Below, in pieces: positions 47,554-58,291 of a DNA stretch of 64,000 nucleotides. The stretch is from a bacterium BMS3Bbin08 (lineage in GTDB: Bacteria; Nitrospirota; Thermodesulfovibrionia; UBA6902; BMS3Bbin08). The notes below the pieces were generated by a model, which was given only the letters and a program-made list of their open reading frames with translations, was not told the DNA's origin and did not search any database. A program made the translations under genes and the position numbers. How positions within the stretch are numbered: the stretch's first letter is position 1; each line of letters starts with the position of its first letter. The stretch is taken from the NCBI GenBank assembly GCA_002897775.1, contig BDTR01000042.1, positions 61,280 through 125,279 on the forward strand. Reading direction: 5' to 3'.

Positions 47554-49461
47554 TTGGGTACCGGTCTATTCAGGTATATAAAGGCCCGGCCTCATGTTCC
47601 TGAATGGAAAAGCCTTGAATTCCTGCTGCCGCTGCTGCTCATTGTTGAAAGTGTGATTCAGTTCCTGGGCGCGCCTTTGCTCCACCTTATATATATACCT
47701 TTTATCGTGGTCATAACAGGTTATTTCCCCCTGAAAATAATAGTAAGCTGCGTTATTGCCATTCTGCTTCTGGGCGCCCCTACCCTGTGGTGGATCGATA
47801 TCTATCCTTTTCAGACAGTTCATTTAGTATCGTCGGTACATCCAGGTCCGGATTCCCTGATATGGGTTTACCTGTCAATAGTGACGACCGGGATCCTGTC
47901 TTATTCCATTTTTTACTGGAAAACAAAAATATCAAAAAAAGCCCTTGCTGAGCTTGAACAGCTTAAAAGCAGCGCGATCAACCTCGAGTCTTCCATTGAG
48001 AGTGATATTTTTCACGAGGACAGGTTTTCCCATGCTGTCAAGTCCATCCTGGAAACACAGGAAGAATTAAGCGCTATGCTTATCTTGGTGAAAAAAGCTT
48101 TAAATACAGACTCCGCGACGCTTTTTACCCTCGAACAGGATGAACTCGTCATAAAAACATCTACAGAAGACATAAAGGCACAACCAACTTACGCTGAAAA
48201 AGGGTATTTATCAGGAATTATAAAAGAAAAGACCCCGGTTATTCAGACAAAACTGAAAGGCGGCTTTTTCGGCCTGCGTTATCGCCATTCAGATGAGGCA
48301 GGATCCTTTCTTTGCGTGCCTGTACTTGATGGCAACGTTCCCCTCGGAGCCATTGTAGTGGACAGCCACAGAGGAGACGCCTTCGGGGACAGGGAAAAAG
48401 ACATCGTCAGTGAATTCGCGGTCCAGACAAAACAGATACTGAAAAGAACACGCCTTTATGTTGAAGTGGAGAGATTCACAAAAGGGTTCAAGGCGCTGCA
48501 TGACGCTAGCAGGACCCTGAGCACCTCTTTAAAGATCGAGGAGATAGCGGATGCGTTCGTTGACCTTATTTCCGGGATGGTGAGTTCATCTGCCGTCGGG
48601 TTCTTTGTCGTGGATAAAGGAAAGCTCAGGATACTGTCAAAAAAAGGTTTTGAACCTGAAAAAAACTCCTTCTACACAAAAGGCACTTTCTTTGATTTCA
48701 TCGTCAGGAACAAACAGACCATGCACCTGTCCCGTCTGGACGGGAAAGAAGGCGTACTCCCCTTCAGGATAAATGAGACCAGGACCTTTCTTGGGATACC
48801 TATCATCCCGGGAGATGAACTGTTCGGGGTCCTTGCCGTAACATCAAGAGAGCCTGACGCTATAAGTTCATTCCAGGCACACCTCATGCAAACAGTAGCT
48901 GACCAGGCAACGATGTATATCAACAACGCTCAGCTTCACAATAAAGTCGAAAAACTGGCAATAACCGACGGCCTGACCAGCCTTTATAATCACAAGCATT
49001 TTCAGGAAAGACTGAATGACGAGTTTGACAGGATCAAGAGGATCCCCCAGACCCTGTCTCTGATGTTGATAGATATTGACCATTTCAAAAAAATAAATGA
49101 CACTTACGGACATCCGGTAGGAGACAGTGTACTTAAAAACATCGCACAGCTTCTTAGGAAAACCCTGAGGGGGATAGATATCATAGCCAGGTACGGCGGG
49201 GAAGAGTTCGCCGCTGTACTGATGGGCACCGGAAGCGGCGGCGCCAGGAAAATGGCGGAAAGACTGAGGTCATCCATAATGAACACGCCTTTTTTTATAG
49301 CTGACCATAAAATATCAGTAACTCTTAGCCTGGGAATAGCTGTATACCCTAACGACGCTGAAACCAGGGAAGAACTCATCGACAAGGCTGACAAAGCGCT
49401 TTATCACGCCAAGGAAAGCGGAAGAAACCTGGTATGCGAATGGAAAGACATAAAAAGATAA
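47554..49461 (+). CDS. Membrane-anchored GAF-GAF-GGDEF diguanylate cyclase
   Basis: About 4 N-terminal TM helices, two GAF domains, GGDEF domain with intact GGEEF and RxxD I-site context. Confidence 0.85.
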   Translation: MGTGLFRYIKARPHVPEWKSLEFLLPLLLIVESVIQFLGAPLLHLIYIPFIVVITGYFPLKIIVSCVIAILLLGAPTLWWIDIYPFQTVHLVSSVHPGPDSLIWVYLSIVTTGILSYSIFYWKTKISKKALAELEQLKSSAINLESSIESDIFHEDRFSHAVKSILETQEELSAMLILVKKALNTDSATLFTLEQDELVIKTSTEDIKAQPTYAEKGYLSGIIKEKTPVIQTKLKGGFFGLRYRHSDEAGSFLCVPVLDGNVPLGAIVVDSHRGDAFGDREKDIVSEFAVQTKQILKRTRLYVEVERFTKGFKALHDASRTLSTSLKIEEIADAFVDLISGMVSSSAVGFFVVDKGKLRILSKKGFEPEKNSFYTKGTFFDFIVRNKQTMHLSRLDGKEGVLPFRINETRTFLGIPIIPGDELFGVLAVTSREPDAISSFQAHLMQTVADQATMYINNAQLHNKVEKLAITDGLTSLYNHKHFQERLNDEFDRIKRIPQTLSLMLIDIDHFKKINDTYGHPVGDSVLKNIAQLLRKTLRGIDIIARYGGEEFAAVLMGTGSGGARKMAERLRSSIMNTPFFIADHKISVTLSLGIAVYPNDAETREELIDKADKALYHAKESGRNLVCEWKDIKR

Positions 49462-49473
49462 GTTATATTTTAC

Positions 49474-49640
49474 ATTTTAGATTAGTGCCCGCCCGCCAGT
49501 CTGTTTGGCGGGGTCACCCTCCACAAAAACTGGAGGGCAAGCCCTCCACAAGAACCGGCGGGTAAACACAATGTAAGAATTTACTTATTATCATATTCGC
49601 TCACTAAACGTTCACTGTGCATTCATAGATTGAAGAATTT
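49474..49640. repeat. Family Z repeat, right (inverted) arm with nested CGCCCGCCAG...GGCGGGG hairpin
   Basis: See left arm. Confidence 0.75.
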
Positions 49641-49680
49641 AGATTTAATCTTTTAGATTATTTCTCTCTTGGAACTGTAC

Positions 49681-49792
49681 TATGAACTATGTATTTACCC
49701 CAGCCTGTCCCGTGGTCCAAGTCCAATTGGACTTTACGGGATAGTTTTAGGTTCGCCCTTTCAAGAAGAACCTTACGGGGAGCTATGATTTG
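49681..49792 (+). repeat. Family X full copy 2
   Basis: See copy 1; abuts the family Y inverted repeat. Confidence 0.85.
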
Positions 49793-49912
49793 CATTTATG
49801 GAATTGTTTGCGATTAACGAATAACTATTAACCCCGTAAAGTCCACAATTGTCGTGACTAGACTACGGGGCAGGCGTATAACGGTCATTTTGTCTATGAG
49901 CCATGAGCTATC
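49784..49912. repeat. Family Y repeat, left arm of a 9.3-kb inverted pair
   Basis: About 125 bp; reverse complement at 59085-59208 is about 97% identical; core CCCCGTAAAGTCCACAATTGTCGTGACTAGACTACGGGG related to family X. Confidence 0.85.
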
Positions 49913-50011
49913 AACTACTGAGGACACTGAATACACAGAGACTGCAAATTTTAGATTTTAGAATTCAGGTTTTAATCTCTCTACTTTCTACTCTCTACTT
50001 TTTAAGGAGCT

Positions 50012-52000
50012 ATGAATCGTTTCAAACTAACTTCTGACTTCAGGCCCGAAGGAGATCAGCCCCAGGCTATAGAAGAGCTTACAGAGGGCGTTCAAAAGGG
50101 CCTGAGACATCAGGTACTGCTTGGCGTCACAGGCTCGGGCAAGACATTTACCATTGCCAATACAGTCGCAAATGCGAACAAGCCGACCCTGGTCATAGCC
50201 CATAATAAGACCCTTGCCGCGCAGCTCTATGGAGAGTTCAGGGCATTTTTCCCTGAGAACGCGGTGGAATACTTTGTCAGCTATTACGACTACTACCAGC
50301 CCGAGGCTTACCTGCCCTCATCAGACACATACATTGAAAAAGATTCGTCGATCAACGAAGACATTGACAGGATGAGGCATTCGGCAACCCGCGCTGTTCT
50401 TGAAAGAAGCGATACCATAGTGGTCGCGTCTGTTTCATGCATATACGGCATCGGCTCGCCTGAAGATTATCTCGGCATGCACCTTTTTATTGAAGAGGGT
50501 ATGCATATTGAAAGAGACGCGTTCCTGAGAAGGCTTGTGGACATGCTCTACGAACGCAGGGAGGACTTCACAAGGGGCGTGTTCAGGGTAAGAGGGGATA
50601 TAGTCGAGATATTCCCTTCTTTTTCAGTTGATAACGCGATCAGAGTCGAGTTCTTCGGTGACGATATTGACGCGATCTACGAATTTGATTCTTTAACAGG
50701 CAGGGTCATCAAACAATTTTCAAAGTTCGCCCTGTTCCCCAACAGTCACTGGATCACTCCAAGATCAAGGCTTGACGCGGCCATGACCTCGATCAATGAC
50801 GAACTCGAGCAAAGGATCGATTTTTTCATTAGAGAGAATAAACAGCTTGAGGCTCAAAGGATCGAGCAAAAAACCAGGTTTGACCTGGAAATGTTAAAGG
50901 AATTCGGCTACTGTCACGGGATTGAGAATTATTCAAGACATCTGAGCGGCAGGGCTTCGGGTGAACCATCGTTCTGCCTGATAGATTATTTTCCGGAGGA
51001 CTTTCTAATAATAATAGACGAGTCCCACGCAACCATACCACAGATCGGCGGTATGTATCAGGGAGACCGCTCAAGAAAACAGACCCTTATTGACTTCGGC
51101 TTCAGGCTTCCGTCAGCGCTTGATAACAGGCCCCTTAAGTTCAGGGAATTTGAGCAACGCATAAACAATGCGATATACATATCCGCAACCCCTTCCGAGT
51201 ATGAGATCAGGAAGTCAAACCACAGGGTGATCGAGCAGATAGTCAGGCCTACCGGCCTTACAGACCCTTCTGTGGATGTAAGACCTGTAAGGGGCCAGCT
51301 CGATGACCTGCTGGGAGAGATCAGGGAAAGGGCTGATAAAGGTGAAAGAGTACTGGTAACCACCCTGACCAAGAAAATGGCAGAAGACATTACCGAATAC
51401 TATAAAGAACTTGGGCTTAAGGCGAGGTATCTGCATTCCGATATTGATACTATAGAGAGGGTTGAAATACTTAGAGACCTCAGACTCGGAGAGTTTGATG
51501 TACTCATCGGTATTAACCTGTTAAGAGAAGGACTTGATCTTCCTGAAGTCTCACTCGTCGCTGTCCTTGACGCGGACAAGGAAGGTTTCCTGCGCTCTGC
51601 CCGCTCCCTTATTCAGACCTCAGGCCGTGCCGCGAGGAATGTAAACGGCAAAGTCATTTTTTATGCTGACACAATCACCGGATCCATGCAGACAGCTATT
51701 GATGAATCAAACAGGCGGCAGAAGATCCAGCTGGAATATAACAAAAAGAATAAAATAACTCCTAAATCAATCATCAAAGATATAACTAACGTCCTCAGTT
51801 CAATATACGAGGCTGACTACTGGACAGTCCCGGCGGTTGCAGACGAGAAGGTTGAATACACGGACGAAACAGGCATTAAACAGCTTGAAGATGAGATGAA
51901 ACAGGCGGCTGATAAACTCGAATTCGAAAAGGCAGCGGAACTGAGAGACAGGATAAAGGCAATCAGGAACAGGCAGATTGAGGTAGGGATAAAGACATAG
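50012..52000 (+). CDS. uvrB: Excinuclease ABC subunit B
   Basis: Walker [11 protein letters not shown], beta-hairpin, helicase motifs, C-terminal UVR domain. Confidence 0.95.
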   Translation: MNRFKLTSDFRPEGDQPQAIEELTEGVQKGLRHQVLLGVTGSGKTFTIANTVANANKPTLVIAHNKTLAAQLYGEFRAFFPENAVEYFVSYYDYYQPEAYLPSSDTYIEKDSSINEDIDRMRHSATRAVLERSDTIVVASVSCIYGIGSPEDYLGMHLFIEEGMHIERDAFLRRLVDMLYERREDFTRGVFRVRGDIVEIFPSFSVDNAIRVEFFGDDIDAIYEFDSLTGRVIKQFSKFALFPNSHWITPRSRLDAAMTSINDELEQRIDFFIRENKQLEAQRIEQKTRFDLEMLKEFGYCHGIENYSRHLSGRASGEPSFCLIDYFPEDFLIIIDESHATIPQIGGMYQGDRSRKQTLIDFGFRLPSALDNRPLKFREFEQRINNAIYISATPSEYEIRKSNHRVIEQIVRPTGLTDPSVDVRPVRGQLDDLLGEIRERADKGERVLVTTLTKKMAEDITEYYKELGLKARYLHSDIDTIERVEILRDLRLGEFDVLIGINLLREGLDLPEVSLVAVLDADKEGFLRSARSLIQTSGRAARNVNGKVIFYADTITGSMQTAIDESNRRQKIQLEYNKKNKITPKSIIKDITNVLSSIYEADYWTVPAVADEKVEYTDETGIKQLEDEMKQAADKLEFEKAAELRDRIKAIRNRQIEVGIKT

Positions 52001-52126
52001 TTGAAAGGATAACCCTTCACAATTTTGCTTTTGCACCAGCTCCTGTCTACCGACAGGAAGACGCAGGGGCAAGCAAAATGAACCGTGAGGGCTGAAGGAG
52101 TTGAAAGTTGCCTTGATTCGACCTTA

Positions 52127-52852
52127 TTATGGATTAAAAGTCTTAATATGCGCATGGCAACTTGATTTTGTGCACGTTCTTCCCCATTGATGGCTGTGCC
52201 CGCCACCACCGCCTCCACCGCCGCCTCCACCGCCGCCACCACCGCCGCCTCCGCCTCCGCCGCCGGAGGTGTTGCGATGCCTCGCGGTTTGTGTATGGCA
52301 GGTGTCACAGACACTGTCGTAGTACCCGTTGCCATCCTGGTCACGATCGCAGAAAGAATGCAGGGTTGGATCCCCAACATCCGTGCCGCGGTTTTCAAAA
52401 ACCACATGTCGGATCCCGCTGTTAGGGGTGTTAATTTTTGTATAGCCGGAGGCGTCCAGGTCTGAATCCCCCACCATCTTGATATTAGTGCCGGTTCCAT
52501 TACCATTACAGTTGCCCGGACACCAGTTGTCAAAGGCCAAAACTTCCCCTTCATGCGGGTTGTGGCATTCTCTGCACGTTATCTGCCACACACCATAATC
52601 AGGAGAACTGTCATTCGGGTCGTTCTCATGGACTTCCACCTGGGTAGCGTTTCCTCCGGGCCCGTGACAGCTCATGCACAGGGCTTCTATAGATGCGGGT
52701 GATCCCGTTAACAGAAAATAAGACGGGCTGCCGCCATGAATGTCATGGCAAAAATCACATTCATGAACCCGGGCATTACCAATACCCGGCAGGAAAAAAA
52801 CAATGCCCGATAAAACAAATGTAAAAACTAATGACCGGAGAAGATACCTCAT
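52127..52852 (-). CDS. Secreted tetraheme c-type cytochrome with 23-residue poly-glycine tract
   Basis: Signal peptide; four CxxCH (CDFCH, CMSCH, CRECH, CDTCH); G23 linker encoded by mixed GGN codons; 4-bp overlap with upstream NHL gene. Confidence 0.65.
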   Translation of the reverse strand: MRYLLRSLVFTFVLSGIVFFLPGIGNARVHECDFCHDIHGGSPSYFLLTGSPASIEALCMSCHGPGGNATQVEVHENDPNDSSPDYGVWQITCRECHNPHEGEVLAFDNWCPGNCNGNGTGTNIKMVGDSDLDASGYTKINTPNSGIRHVVFENRGTDVGDPTLHSFCDRDQDGNGYYDSVCDTCHTQTARHRNTSGGGGGGGGGGGGGGGGGGGGGGHSHQWGRTCTKSSCHAHIKTFNP

Positions 52853-53826
52853 GGTATCACACCTCCCCCTGGATACGCCTCTATCCGTCTGGGACGGTTA
52901 TTCGTGACAAAAACATCTTCTGTCGCCGGGTCAATTATAATATCCAGGGGCAAAAACAGCTGTCCGGGGTTAGAACCAAAGCTGCCAATTGTCTTTACGC
53001 CGGCAAATGTCCCGCGGTTGAACACAAGGATCTTACCCAAAACGGATTCCACCATAAAGATGTAGTTATCACTTACTGCAATACCCTGCGGACTTGCGAA
53101 TTCATAGCCACTGGCCACATCTTCTGCTGAAAACCCGCCGAGGTAGTTGCCCGCATAATTGTAAATCTTTAATCGCGCGGGGATTTCAGCAGAGTCAGAC
53201 GGGTTACCGAAATCCGTTACAAATATCTCCTGGGCATTTTCATCTACTGCTATGCCTCTCGGGCTAACCAGAAGTTCAGGATCTGCCCCTGTCCCGCCTA
53301 TTGAGTACAGAAATTGTCCATCTGTTCTGAAGACCTTTATAAGCCCGTCATTGCTATCCACAACAAATACCATATTCTGTGTTTTATCAATTGCGATATC
53401 ATTCGGCTTTTTTACATTCCCTTTGGTGCCGCCCAGATCGTATAGCCACCAGCCCTGCAAGGTGTAAGCTTCAACTGTTCCGGTTGATTCATTGCCGACA
53501 AAAACAATGTCAAAAAAAAGACTGTCCAAAAAAGCGACTGCCAGCGGTCTCCCCGCGACGGGAAAAGAACTGATCATCTTAAGATCTGAGCTGTCAATTA
53601 TGTATATTCTCTTCCGGAAATAATCAGAAACAAGGAGGTTGCCGTCTGAGGTAAAATCAATCCTGACAGGAGAGCGTATGGATATTGGTTTATCACCAAT
53701 ACCGCCTTCCCCGGTCATGCTGTCGTCGCTTCGGCATGATTGAAGGCCTGCGGCCAGGAATAAAACAAGAGGAACAAACAAAACCAGAAGCCAGGCATGA
53801 AAGTTCCCTTTAAATGTCCGCTTCAT
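52849..53826 (-). CDS. Secreted NHL-repeat beta-propeller protein
   Basis: Signal peptide; repeated (S/P)xGIAVD...IFV(V/T)D NHL blades x about 6. Confidence 0.7.
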   Translation of the reverse strand: MKRTFKGNFHAWLLVLFVPLVLFLAAGLQSCRSDDSMTGEGGIGDKPISIRSPVRIDFTSDGNLLVSDYFRKRIYIIDSSDLKMISSFPVAGRPLAVAFLDSLFFDIVFVGNESTGTVEAYTLQGWWLYDLGGTKGNVKKPNDIAIDKTQNMVFVVDSNDGLIKVFRTDGQFLYSIGGTGADPELLVSPRGIAVDENAQEIFVTDFGNPSDSAEIPARLKIYNYAGNYLGGFSAEDVASGYEFASPQGIAVSDNYIFMVESVLGKILVFNRGTFAGVKTIGSFGSNPGQLFLPLDIIIDPATEDVFVTNNRPRRIEAYPGGGVIP

Positions 53827-53967
53827 ATCAGCCCCTTTTATTTAGTTTAACCTTATAAAACAATATGAGTCAACAAATCTTAATTCTTATCAGGGTCTTA
53901 ATGATAGGAAGGCGGTATTATGCGGGGTCTAACTATACGTTTTTTCAGCTTTTATTTATACTTAATC

Positions 53968-54519
53968 TTATTCCTCAAGCAGTTTTCTCAGTTCTTTGGT
54001 CTCTTCCTCAGTCAGCTGCATTGAAGACTCTTTACCTTTCATCATCGCCATGGCCTTGTCAAACTGTGTCCTGAAAATCCCGGCGGTATCTGCAAAGCCC
54101 TGCGCAACAGCCTCGGAGTATGTCAGGGCGGTCCTGATGCTCTTTGTTGCTTCTTCTTCATTGCCTCTATGGGCATAGGCGGTTCCCCTTCCGAAAAAGG
54201 CCGCGCCGTGGTCTGGTTTCAGCTTTATAACTCTGTCAAAATCGGCTATCGCCTTTTCATATTCCTCTTTTGCCAGAAGTGCTATGCCGCGATAGTAATA
54301 GGCCCTGTAGTTCTGGTCGTTCAGACCTGTTACAGCGCCAAAATCCTTAACAGCATTATCATATTCGTTCATTTTAAAATATGCCGCGCCGCGGCTCAGG
54401 CACGCGATCTCCGTGTGCTCTCCCGCATCTATGATCTTTGTAAAAACCTCCACACTCTCTTTGTATTTGCCCTCCAGGAAAAAACGCTGAGCATCGCCTA
54501 ATAATTCCTTTATGTCCAT
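53968..54519 (-). CDS. TPR-repeat protein
   Basis: Four or five TPR units (W-LG-Y-A-F-P patterns: AYYYRGIALLAKEEYEKAIADFDRVIKLKPDH...). Confidence 0.65.
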   Translation of the reverse strand: MDIKELLGDAQRFFLEGKYKESVEVFTKIIDAGEHTEIACLSRGAAYFKMNEYDNAVKDFGAVTGLNDQNYRAYYYRGIALLAKEEYEKAIADFDRVIKLKPDHGAAFFGRGTAYAHRGNEEEATKSIRTALTYSEAVAQGFADTAGIFRTQFDKAMAMMKGKESSMQLTEEETKELRKLLEE

Positions 54520-54697
54520 TTACAAACCTCCTTAAAGACCAGCCATGCCGAAAACAGATTTATTCTTTTCTATGAAAACACAGCGTTTCCCATTAAAGCA
54601 AGCTGATATGTAAGGCCAATGATCACATATACTGGTTTTGATGTTATAATCTGGAAAAAGAATTGCGTATTAAAGCAAAAGCGCAAAAACACTGAAA

Positions 54698-54772
54698 TGA
54701 TAAAAGCGGTTATGTTTGACTTTGGAGGGGTCCTGGCAGAAGAATGTCTCAGCCTGATCGAACAGTCATAAT
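54698..54772 (+). pseudogene. Remnant of a HAD-family hydrolase gene (motif I only)
   Basis: Encodes MIKAVMFDFGGVLAEEC then stops after 24 codons; HAD motif I DxDGxL-like context without remainder of gene. Confidence 0.25.
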
Positions 54773-54828
54773 AAGACGCGGGCATTCAGTCAGGTGATCC
54801 AGCAGGTTCTTAAACTCTTCTCAGGCTT

Positions 54829-55137
54829 TTATTCCTTTGGTACATACGGTCCGGGTGTGAATGCAGGGTCAATGAAATAGGCCTCTTCAAAATACTTTAT
54901 TGCCTCATCGTGCCTTCCAAGCTTATAGAGCGCGTAGCCCAGGCGGTAATACGCGGGTGCTGCAGGGTGCTCCTCGACATACTCTTCAAAATATTTTATT
55001 GCCTCTTCGAATTTTCCGGTGTTGTAGTACTTCAGCCCTTCTTCATATGAATCATCGATCTGGGCAAGAGCCGCAGCTGACAGCATGAACAGCATTAAGA
55101 ACATTGAAATTATAAAAACCCATGTTTTCATAAACAC
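54829..55137 (-). CDS. Small secreted TPR-like protein
   Basis: Signal peptide, two TPR-like units (YYNTGKFEEAIKYFEEY.., YYRLGYALYKLGRHDEAIKYFEEA). Confidence 0.5.
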   Translation of the reverse strand: MFMKTWVFIISMFLMLFMLSAAALAQIDDSYEEGLKYYNTGKFEEAIKYFEEYVEEHPAAPAYYRLGYALYKLGRHDEAIKYFEEAYFIDPAFTPGPYVPKE

Positions 55138-55284
55138 CTCCTGAAATGATGTTTTAATATAATTTCTTAAATATTACCACATAATCATAATATATCATAT
55201 AACAAAATAACCCCGGCCAATATAACGAATTTTCGGCCCTTTGACCGCCGGAACTTTAAACTGGAACTGGGTTATAATCTTTTT

Positions 55285-57123
55285 ATGGATATCAGGGGAA
55301 AATTACAGCAGGCGCCCTCTTCTCCCGGTGTTTACGTCATGAAAGCCGCCGGGGACCGTGTTATTTACGTCGGCAAGGCAAAAAACCTGAAAACCAGGCT
55401 GAGGTCATATTTCCAGAAGTCCGCTTCTCTTGACGCCCGGAAAAAAAGAATGGTCAGGGAGATACGGGATTTTGACTGTATCGTAACCAGGAACGAGCTT
55501 GAGGCGCTGGTGCTCGAGGCAAACTTCATAAAAAGGTCAAAGCCCAGATACAACATAATCCTCAGGGACGACAAAAACTATCCTTATCTCAAGCTGACAA
55601 TAAACGAAAAATGGCCGAGGCTTGAAGTAGTCAGGAGGATCGCCAAAGACAGGGCGGTTTATTTTGGCCCATATGTACCGTCAGGCAGTATGTGGGAGAT
55701 ACTGAGGTTCATAAGGCGCAATTTCCCCCTCAGGACATGCAAATTTAATCTCGATAAGCCCTTCAGGCCGTGCGTCCAGTACCAGATAGGAAGATGTCTC
55801 GCGCCGTGCGGAAAAGATTTTCGAAAAAAGGCGGATGAAGACAGGTACAGGGAAGTGGCCGACGAGGCAAAACTTTTTCTGCTCGGACACAAAAAAGAAC
55901 TCCTTTCAGGCCTTGAGGACAAAATGAGAACATATTCGGATAATCTGAAGTTCGAGCGGGCCGCAGCCATAAGGGACAGGCTCCGGGCAATTGAGCGGGC
56001 GTGGGAGTCACAGCGCGTAATATCACCTGAACTTGGAGATATGGATGTCATAGGCCTTCACATGGAAGACAATGAAGCCTCCGTGTTCCTGCTCTTCATA
56101 AGAAACAACATGGTTATCGGACAGAAAGATTTTTTGCTGAAAAAGACGGCGGGCTTAAGTAACAGCGAGCTTATTGAGGGCTTTATAGAGCAGTTTTATT
56201 CAAAGGAGATGATCCTTCCTCCAAAGATACTGCTTCCCTTTAAAGCAAAGCTTGATACACAGAGACGCTGGCTAAACGAAAAACGGAAAGATAAGGTCGT
56301 AATTGCAGACACAAAAAGCAGGGCAGAGAAAGAGATCATGAAAATGGCTCTGGACAATGCCTGTCACTCCTTTATAAGGCATAGGGAGTTAAAGGCCTCT
56401 CCGGCTGTAAAACAGGCCCTTCTGTCGCTTAAAGACCTTTTGAAGCTGAAAACCGTTCCGCGCAGGATCGAGGCTGTCGATGTTTCAAATCTGTCCGGTT
56501 CAGAAGCGGTCGGAGCTGTTGTTGTATGGGAGGACGGGGTCTTTATCAGGGATGACTACAGGCTCTATAAAATAAAAACAGTAACAGGGATCGATGATTT
56601 TGCTATGATAGAAGAAGTATTGATAAGATATTTCAAAAAACTTTCTGATGGAGAAAGAAAATTGCCTGACCTGATACTTATAGACGGCGGCAAAGGACAG
56701 CTCGGGTCCGCTTTAAACGCGATGAAACAGTTCAAACTGCCTGTGATGATCGCTGCCATTGCAAAAGCAAAGACAGGCAGGGCCGCAATGGCAGCCGCGC
56801 AGAAAGACAGGATATTTTTACCCCGTGAGAAAGAAAAACGATTGGAACCTTTTCTGGCCTCAACTCACCTGCTCCAGAAAATAAGGGATGAAGTGCACAG
56901 ATCTGCCATAACGTTCCACAAAAAACTACGCGCCAGGAGGGTGCTTGAATCCCCGCTGGAAAAGATCAGGGGCATAGGCAAGAAAAGGAGGCTCCTGCTA
57001 TTAAGGCACTTTGGGAGTTTAAGCGCCATTAAAAAGGCGTCGGTCGATGAAATAGCGTCTTTAAAAGGCATGAACAAAAAAATCGCTGAAATTTTAAAGT
57101 CGTCCCTGCAGGGGATGAAATAA
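55285..57123 (+). CDS. uvrC: Excinuclease ABC subunit C
   Basis: N-terminal GIY-YIG (GVYVMKAAGDRVIYVGKAKNLKTRLRSY), UVR domain, RNase H-like and C-terminal HhH domains. Confidence 0.95.
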   Translation: MDIRGKLQQAPSSPGVYVMKAAGDRVIYVGKAKNLKTRLRSYFQKSASLDARKKRMVREIRDFDCIVTRNELEALVLEANFIKRSKPRYNIILRDDKNYPYLKLTINEKWPRLEVVRRIAKDRAVYFGPYVPSGSMWEILRFIRRNFPLRTCKFNLDKPFRPCVQYQIGRCLAPCGKDFRKKADEDRYREVADEAKLFLLGHKKELLSGLEDKMRTYSDNLKFERAAAIRDRLRAIERAWESQRVISPELGDMDVIGLHMEDNEASVFLLFIRNNMVIGQKDFLLKKTAGLSNSELIEGFIEQFYSKEMILPPKILLPFKAKLDTQRRWLNEKRKDKVVIADTKSRAEKEIMKMALDNACHSFIRHRELKASPAVKQALLSLKDLLKLKTVPRRIEAVDVSNLSGSEAVGAVVVWEDGVFIRDDYRLYKIKTVTGIDDFAMIEEVLIRYFKKLSDGERKLPDLILIDGGKGQLGSALNAMKQFKLPVMIAAIAKAKTGRAAMAAAQKDRIFLPREKEKRLEPFLASTHLLQKIRDEVHRSAITFHKKLRARRVLESPLEKIRGIGKKRRLLLLRHFGSLSAIKKASVDEIASLKGMNKKIAEILKSSLQGMK

Positions 57124-57131
57124 AAAATGAG

Positions 57132-57166
57132 CCCCGTTGTCCAGAAAGTATAACTTTCTAACGGGG
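57132..57166 (+). terminator. Family T hairpin after uvrC
   Basis: CCCCGTTGTCCAGAAAGTATAACTTTCTAACGGGG. Confidence 0.5.
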
Positions 57167-57182
57167 GAAACAGAGGGGTTAA

Positions 57183-58124
57183 ATGAGCATGCATATTTAT
57201 GTTTCAGGTTCAATGGCGTATGACAGGATAATGGATTTTCCCGGCAAATTCTCCGACCACATCCTGCCTGACAAGATACACATTCTGAACGTGTCTTTTA
57301 CTGTTAATGGAATGGTTGAAAAATTCGGAGGCACCGCGGGAAACATTGCCTATTCATTAAGCCTGCTAAAAGAAAATTCCGTGATACTTGCCACCATAGG
57401 AAAGGACCACGCGCGTTATTTTGACTGGCTCAAAGGCAACGGGATCTCGGCAGAGGGCATAAAAGTAATACATGAAGAGTTCACTGCCGGCGCTTATATA
57501 ACAACTGACAAGGCTGATAACCAGATAACAGGTTTTAACCCGGGTTCCATGAAGCACCAATCCGGGTACAAATTCAATAACGTAAAGCCTGAGGATTCAA
57601 TAGCGGTTATCGCAGCCGGAAACCTCCAGGACATGATCGAATACGCAGCGACATATAAGAGCAGGGGGATCAATTATATATGCGACCCGGGCCAGTCCCT
57701 GACGTCGTGGGAAGGCAAAGACCTTGCAGACTGGATCAAGGGTTCGATAATGCTTATCTCAAATGACTATGAACTTGATATGATCATGCGGAAAACAGGG
57801 TTGGACAAAAAAAACCTTCTAAAAAAGACAAAAACCATTATCACGACCCTGGGAGAAAAAGGTTCTGTTATAAGTACATCTGAAGGCGACACCAGCATAC
57901 CTGCGGCAAAGATCATAAATATCCTTGACCCCACAGGCGCGGGCGACGCGTACAGGGCAGGCCTTGTAAAAGGAATTGTGATGGGCAAGGATATTGAAAC
58001 ATCGGCAAAGATAGGGGCTGTCGCGGCGACATACGCGATAGAGCACTACGGGACCCAGGAGCACTACTACACATACGAAAACTTCGTAAAGAGATACAAA
58101 ACCAATTTCGGGGATCTGGAATAG
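57183..58124 (+). CDS. PfkB-family carbohydrate/nucleoside kinase
   Basis: GG dipeptide (KFGGTAGN), C-terminal DPTGAGDAYRAG anion hole. Confidence 0.8.
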   Translation: MSMHIYVSGSMAYDRIMDFPGKFSDHILPDKIHILNVSFTVNGMVEKFGGTAGNIAYSLSLLKENSVILATIGKDHARYFDWLKGNGISAEGIKVIHEEFTAGAYITTDKADNQITGFNPGSMKHQSGYKFNNVKPEDSIAVIAAGNLQDMIEYAATYKSRGINYICDPGQSLTSWEGKDLADWIKGSIMLISNDYELDMIMRKTGLDKKNLLKKTKTIITTLGEKGSVISTSEGDTSIPAAKIINILDPTGAGDAYRAGLVKGIVMGKDIETSAKIGAVAATYAIEHYGTQEHYYTYENFVKRYKTNFGDLE

Positions 58125-58291
58125 TAAGTGTACAAAATAGTTCATCCCGACGTTTCGGGACAAACCGTTTAAAAAATCTAAAAAAAGGCGGGATGGCGAG
58201 GAAACACAATAACAGCTCGATTCATGATATATGTTCAATTATAACCAGTTAACGATTCACTATTCACCATTCACAATTCACGTTTTTACAA

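Noticed and set aside
51817-52554. 245-aa minus-strand ORF overlapping uvrB 3' end and the cytochrome gene
   Set aside because: It is an alternative frame of the same strand as the cytochrome gene. It is driven by the GCC/GGN-rich tract (A/V/E low complexity). The 52127-52852 frame carries the signal peptide and CxxCH motifs.
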